NCBI RefSeq assembly: GCF_963921235.1
Contig: NC_086108.1
Span: 71,798,001 to 71,862,000 of the forward strand
Direction of reading: 5' to 3'
Source: Mobula hypostoma
Lineage: Eukaryota
DNA: 64,000 nt
Shown here: in pieces, positions 61,030-64,000 of the stretch
Layout of the letters: the number at the start of each line of letters is the position of its first letter
Position numbering within the stretch: position 1 is the first letter of the stretch
Notes under the pieces: model-generated
Told to the model about the DNA's origin: nothing
The model's input: the letters and a program-made list of their open reading frames with translations, nothing else
Databases searched by the model: none
Made by a program: the position numbers and the translations under genes

Positions 61030-63445
61030 CACAGGAGATTTCAGCCATCATCTTGGTGTACATCCCACCTCAGGCTGTAGATGAACTGAGCAACATAATC
61101 AACAGGCAGGAAATAGTGCAGCCTGGTGTCTTCCCGATCATTTTGAGGGATTTTAACCAGGGCAGCTTGAGAAAGCCTCTAAATAATTATTCCCAGCAAG
61201 TCACTTGTGGACCAGATGAACCAACACACTGGGTCACAGTTACACCACAATCAAGAGTGCTTACCGTGCCGTCCCATGCCCACACTTTGGAAAGTCTGAT
61301 CACCCGGCTGTACTTCTACTCCCTGGGTATAGGCAGAGAGTGAAGACTGCAGCACCAGTAGTGAGGATCAAGAAGGTATGGACAAGGGAGGCACAGGAGT
61401 GCTTACAGAACTATTTTGAATTGGTGGACTGGACTGTATTCGAGGATTTATTTTTGAGTCTGAATGAGCTGTCACTGACTTCATTAAAAACTATGTGGAT
61501 GAGTGTATGCCTTTGGGAACATACTGTACGTACCCAAGTCAAAAGCTGTGGACAAACCACAAGGTTCATAGTCTGCTGATGACTCGATCTGTGACTTTCC
61601 AGTCCAGTGACTCAGCAATGTTCAAGAAAACCAGGTACAACTTACGGTGGTCTATCTCAAGAGCCAAGGAACAATTCCGAACAAGGTTGGGGCAGAATCG
61701 GATGCACGTCAATGCTGGCAGGATTTGCAGGCCGTTACTTCCTTCAGAATGAAACCTAACATCATGAATGGCTGTGATGCTGCACTCCCAGATGAGCTCA
61801 ACACCTTTTAGGCACACTTTGAAAGGGAGAATGAAACTATGAGGATCTGGTGACCCTGGATCTCTGCCTCAGAGGCTGAAGTCAGGCTGTCTTTCAGGAG
61901 CAAACAACAGGAATTTCTTTCAGGAGGATGAACCCCTGTAAGGTGACCGGCCTTGATGGAGTACCTGGTAGAGCTCTGAAAACCTGTGCCAACCAACTGG
62001 TGGATGTGTTGAAAGACATTTTTAATCTGTTATTGTTACAGTCAGAAGTTCCCACCTGCTCCAAAAGGGCAACGATTATGCCAGTACCCAAAAAGAGCAG
62101 GGTGAGCTGTCTTAACGACTATCATCCTGTAGCACTCACATTTATGGTGATTAAGTGCTTTGAAAGAGAGAGAGAGAGGCTGGTTATGGCTAGAATTAAC
62201 TCCTGTCTCAGCATGGACTGGAAGCACTACAATTTGCCTATCACCACAATAGGTCTATGGCAGATGCAATCTTATTGACTACAGCTCAGCGCTTAACAAA
62301 AGTATTCCTACAGTTCAGATCAAAGAGATCCAAAACCTGGGCCTCAGTACTGCCCTCTGCAACTGGATCTTCAGCTTCCTAACCAGAGGACCACAATGGG
62401 TGGATTGGAAATAACATCTCCACTTCGCTGAGAATCAACACTGGTGCACCTCAGGGATATGTGCTCAGCCCACTGCTCTACTCTACACTCATAACTGCGT
62501 AGCTAGGCACAGCACAAATGCCATCTATAATTAGCCGATGACACAATTATTGTTGGCAGAATTTCAGATGGTGACGAGTGGAAGTGCAGGAACCAGATTT
62601 ATCAGTTGGTTGAGTGGTGTCACAACTTTGCTTTCAACATCAATAAGACCAATGAACTGATTGTGGACTTCAGAAAGTGTCAGACGAGGGAACACACACC
62701 CGTCCTCATAGAGGGATCAGAAGTGGAAAGAGTGAGCAATTTCAAGTTCCTGAGTGTCAGTTTCTCTGAGGATCTATCCTGGGCCCAACATGTCAATGCA
62801 CCTACAAAGGAAACACGACAGTGGCTGTATTTCATTAGGAATTTGATGAGACTTGGTATCACCAAAGACACTGGCAGATTTCTACAGATGTACTGTGGAG
62901 CGTACTCTAACTGGTTGCATCACCGTCTGATATGAAGGGGGCGGTATTGCACAGGGTTGAAATAAGCTGCAGAGAGTTATAAACCTGGTCAGCTCCTTCA
63001 TGGGCACTAGCCTTCATAGTATCCAGGACATCTTCAAGCAGCGATGCCTCAGAAAGGCAGCATCCATCATTGAGGACCCCCATCCCCTCTTCTCATTGCT
63101 ACCATTAGGAAGGAGGTATAGAAGCTTGAAGGCACATACTCAATAATTCAGTAACAGCTTCTTCCCCTCTGCCATCTAATTTTTGAATGGAGATTGAATG
63201 CAAGAACACTACCTCAGTAACAAGAGAAAATCTGCAGATGCTAGAAATCAAAGCAATGCACACAAAATGCTGGGGGAGCTCAGCAGACCAGGCAGCATCT
63301 TTGGAAAAAGGAAAAAAAGACACTTGACTGTTTACTCTTTTCCATAGATGCTGCCTGGCCTGCTGAGTTCCTCCAGCATTTTGTGTGTAGCACTACCTCA
63401 CCACCGTTTATTTATTTTTGTGCTACCTATTTAATTTAACTATAT
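61030..63445 (+). mobile_element. Decayed Rex1/Babar-like LINE (APE to RT to 3'UTR)
   Basis: VYIPPQA..DFNQ (61053), LKTCANQL...PVPKK..CLNDYHPVALT (61928..62278) and NINKTNELIVDFRK (62606..62935). Confidence 0.88.
63217..63390. mobile_element. Penelope-derived palindromic element with a 10-bp TSD and no central hammerhead pair
   Basis: Inverted arms cacacaaaatgctgggggagctcagcagaccaggcagcatctttggaaaa and ttttccatagatgctgcctggcctgctgagttcctccagcattttgtgtg. CACTACCTCA occurs at 63207-63216 and 63391-63400. Confidence 0.85.
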
Positions 63446-63760
63446 ATACAGTTTTTTCCTCACCGTATGGGTGGTGTGTATGTGAATGTTTCCCTCAACA
63501 ATCTTGGGCGGGTCCTCTACCAGAAGCCTGGGAGCTTGGTTTGAGGGTTTGGTGCAGTATGCTAGTAGTGCACTCTTCTGGACCGAGATCTCAGATGTTG
63601 TTCCCGGGATTTGTTGGAGCCACTCTCCCAGTCGAGGTGTCACAACCCCAAGTGCTCCTATCACCACCGGGGTTACTCTGGCGTTAACCTCCCACATCCT
63701 TTCTATCTACTCTTTCAAGACCTGGTATTTCTCCAGCTTCTCATATTCTTCCTTCCTGAT
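63446..63760 (-). mobile_element. R4/Dong (Rex6-like) non-LTR retrotransposon 3' fragment
   Basis: Minus frame reads EKLEKYQVLKE*IERMWEVNARVTPVVIGALGVV...QQIPG...SVQKSALL, which I recognise as an R4-clade endonuclease C-terminus. Confidence 0.7.
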
Positions 63761-64000
63761 TTACAATTAAAGTAAGGAATAGATTTCAAAGTCTAGAAAC
63801 AGAATCTGTTGAAGATGATAGCAATCATGTCGAAATGAAGTTTAACTATCTAAAGGATGCCTTGGTAGAATCAGCAAAGTCAGTGATTTCTAAAAAAGGA
63901 AAAAGCACTAAGAATAAATGGATGACAGATGAAATCAAAAATCTAATGGATGAAAGGAGATGGAAGAAAGCAAATCCTATAGAATGTAAGTCCTTAGATA
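63760..64000 (+). mobile_element. RTE-clade LINE fragment (linker between APE and RT), running off the window edge
   Basis: Open frame FTIKVRNRFQSLE...KNKWMTDEIKNLMDERR, similar to RTE/BovB ORFs. Confidence 0.65.

Overview
A repeat-rich vertebrate genomic window. The repeat complement (CR1/HER1-type LINEs, V-SINEs, Penelope-derived hairpins) suggests a cartilaginous fish, probably a ray; this is inference. One complete protein-coding gene can be built by hand: tetraspanin-1 (TSPAN1) on the minus strand, with 7 coding exons from 29805 down to 17309, all GT-AG phase-0 introns, 242 aa. It has a candidate poly(A) signal at 16521-16526 and a candidate promoter and non-coding first exon near 35885-36080. 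Most of the rest is decayed and heavily nested transposable elements: CR1 LINEs (some with ORF1 esterase), Rex1/Babar-like LINEs, Hero-, R4/Dong- and RTE-type fragments, a Penelope-like element, tRNA-derived SINEs, and hAT and Tc1/pogo DNA elements. The most notable observations are (1) a family of minimal hammerhead-ribozyme motifs carried by the Penelope end and by short palindromic derivatives, one in sense orientation in a TSPAN1 intron; (2) a four-level nest of DNA transposons at 56.7-58.4 kb with readable TIRs and TSDs; (3) inverted CR1 ends flanking an in-frame TSPAN1 exon; and (4) a ZEB/GRHL/ETS motif cluster at the putative promoter. Repeat boundaries are approximate unless a TIR, TSD or junction is quoted.
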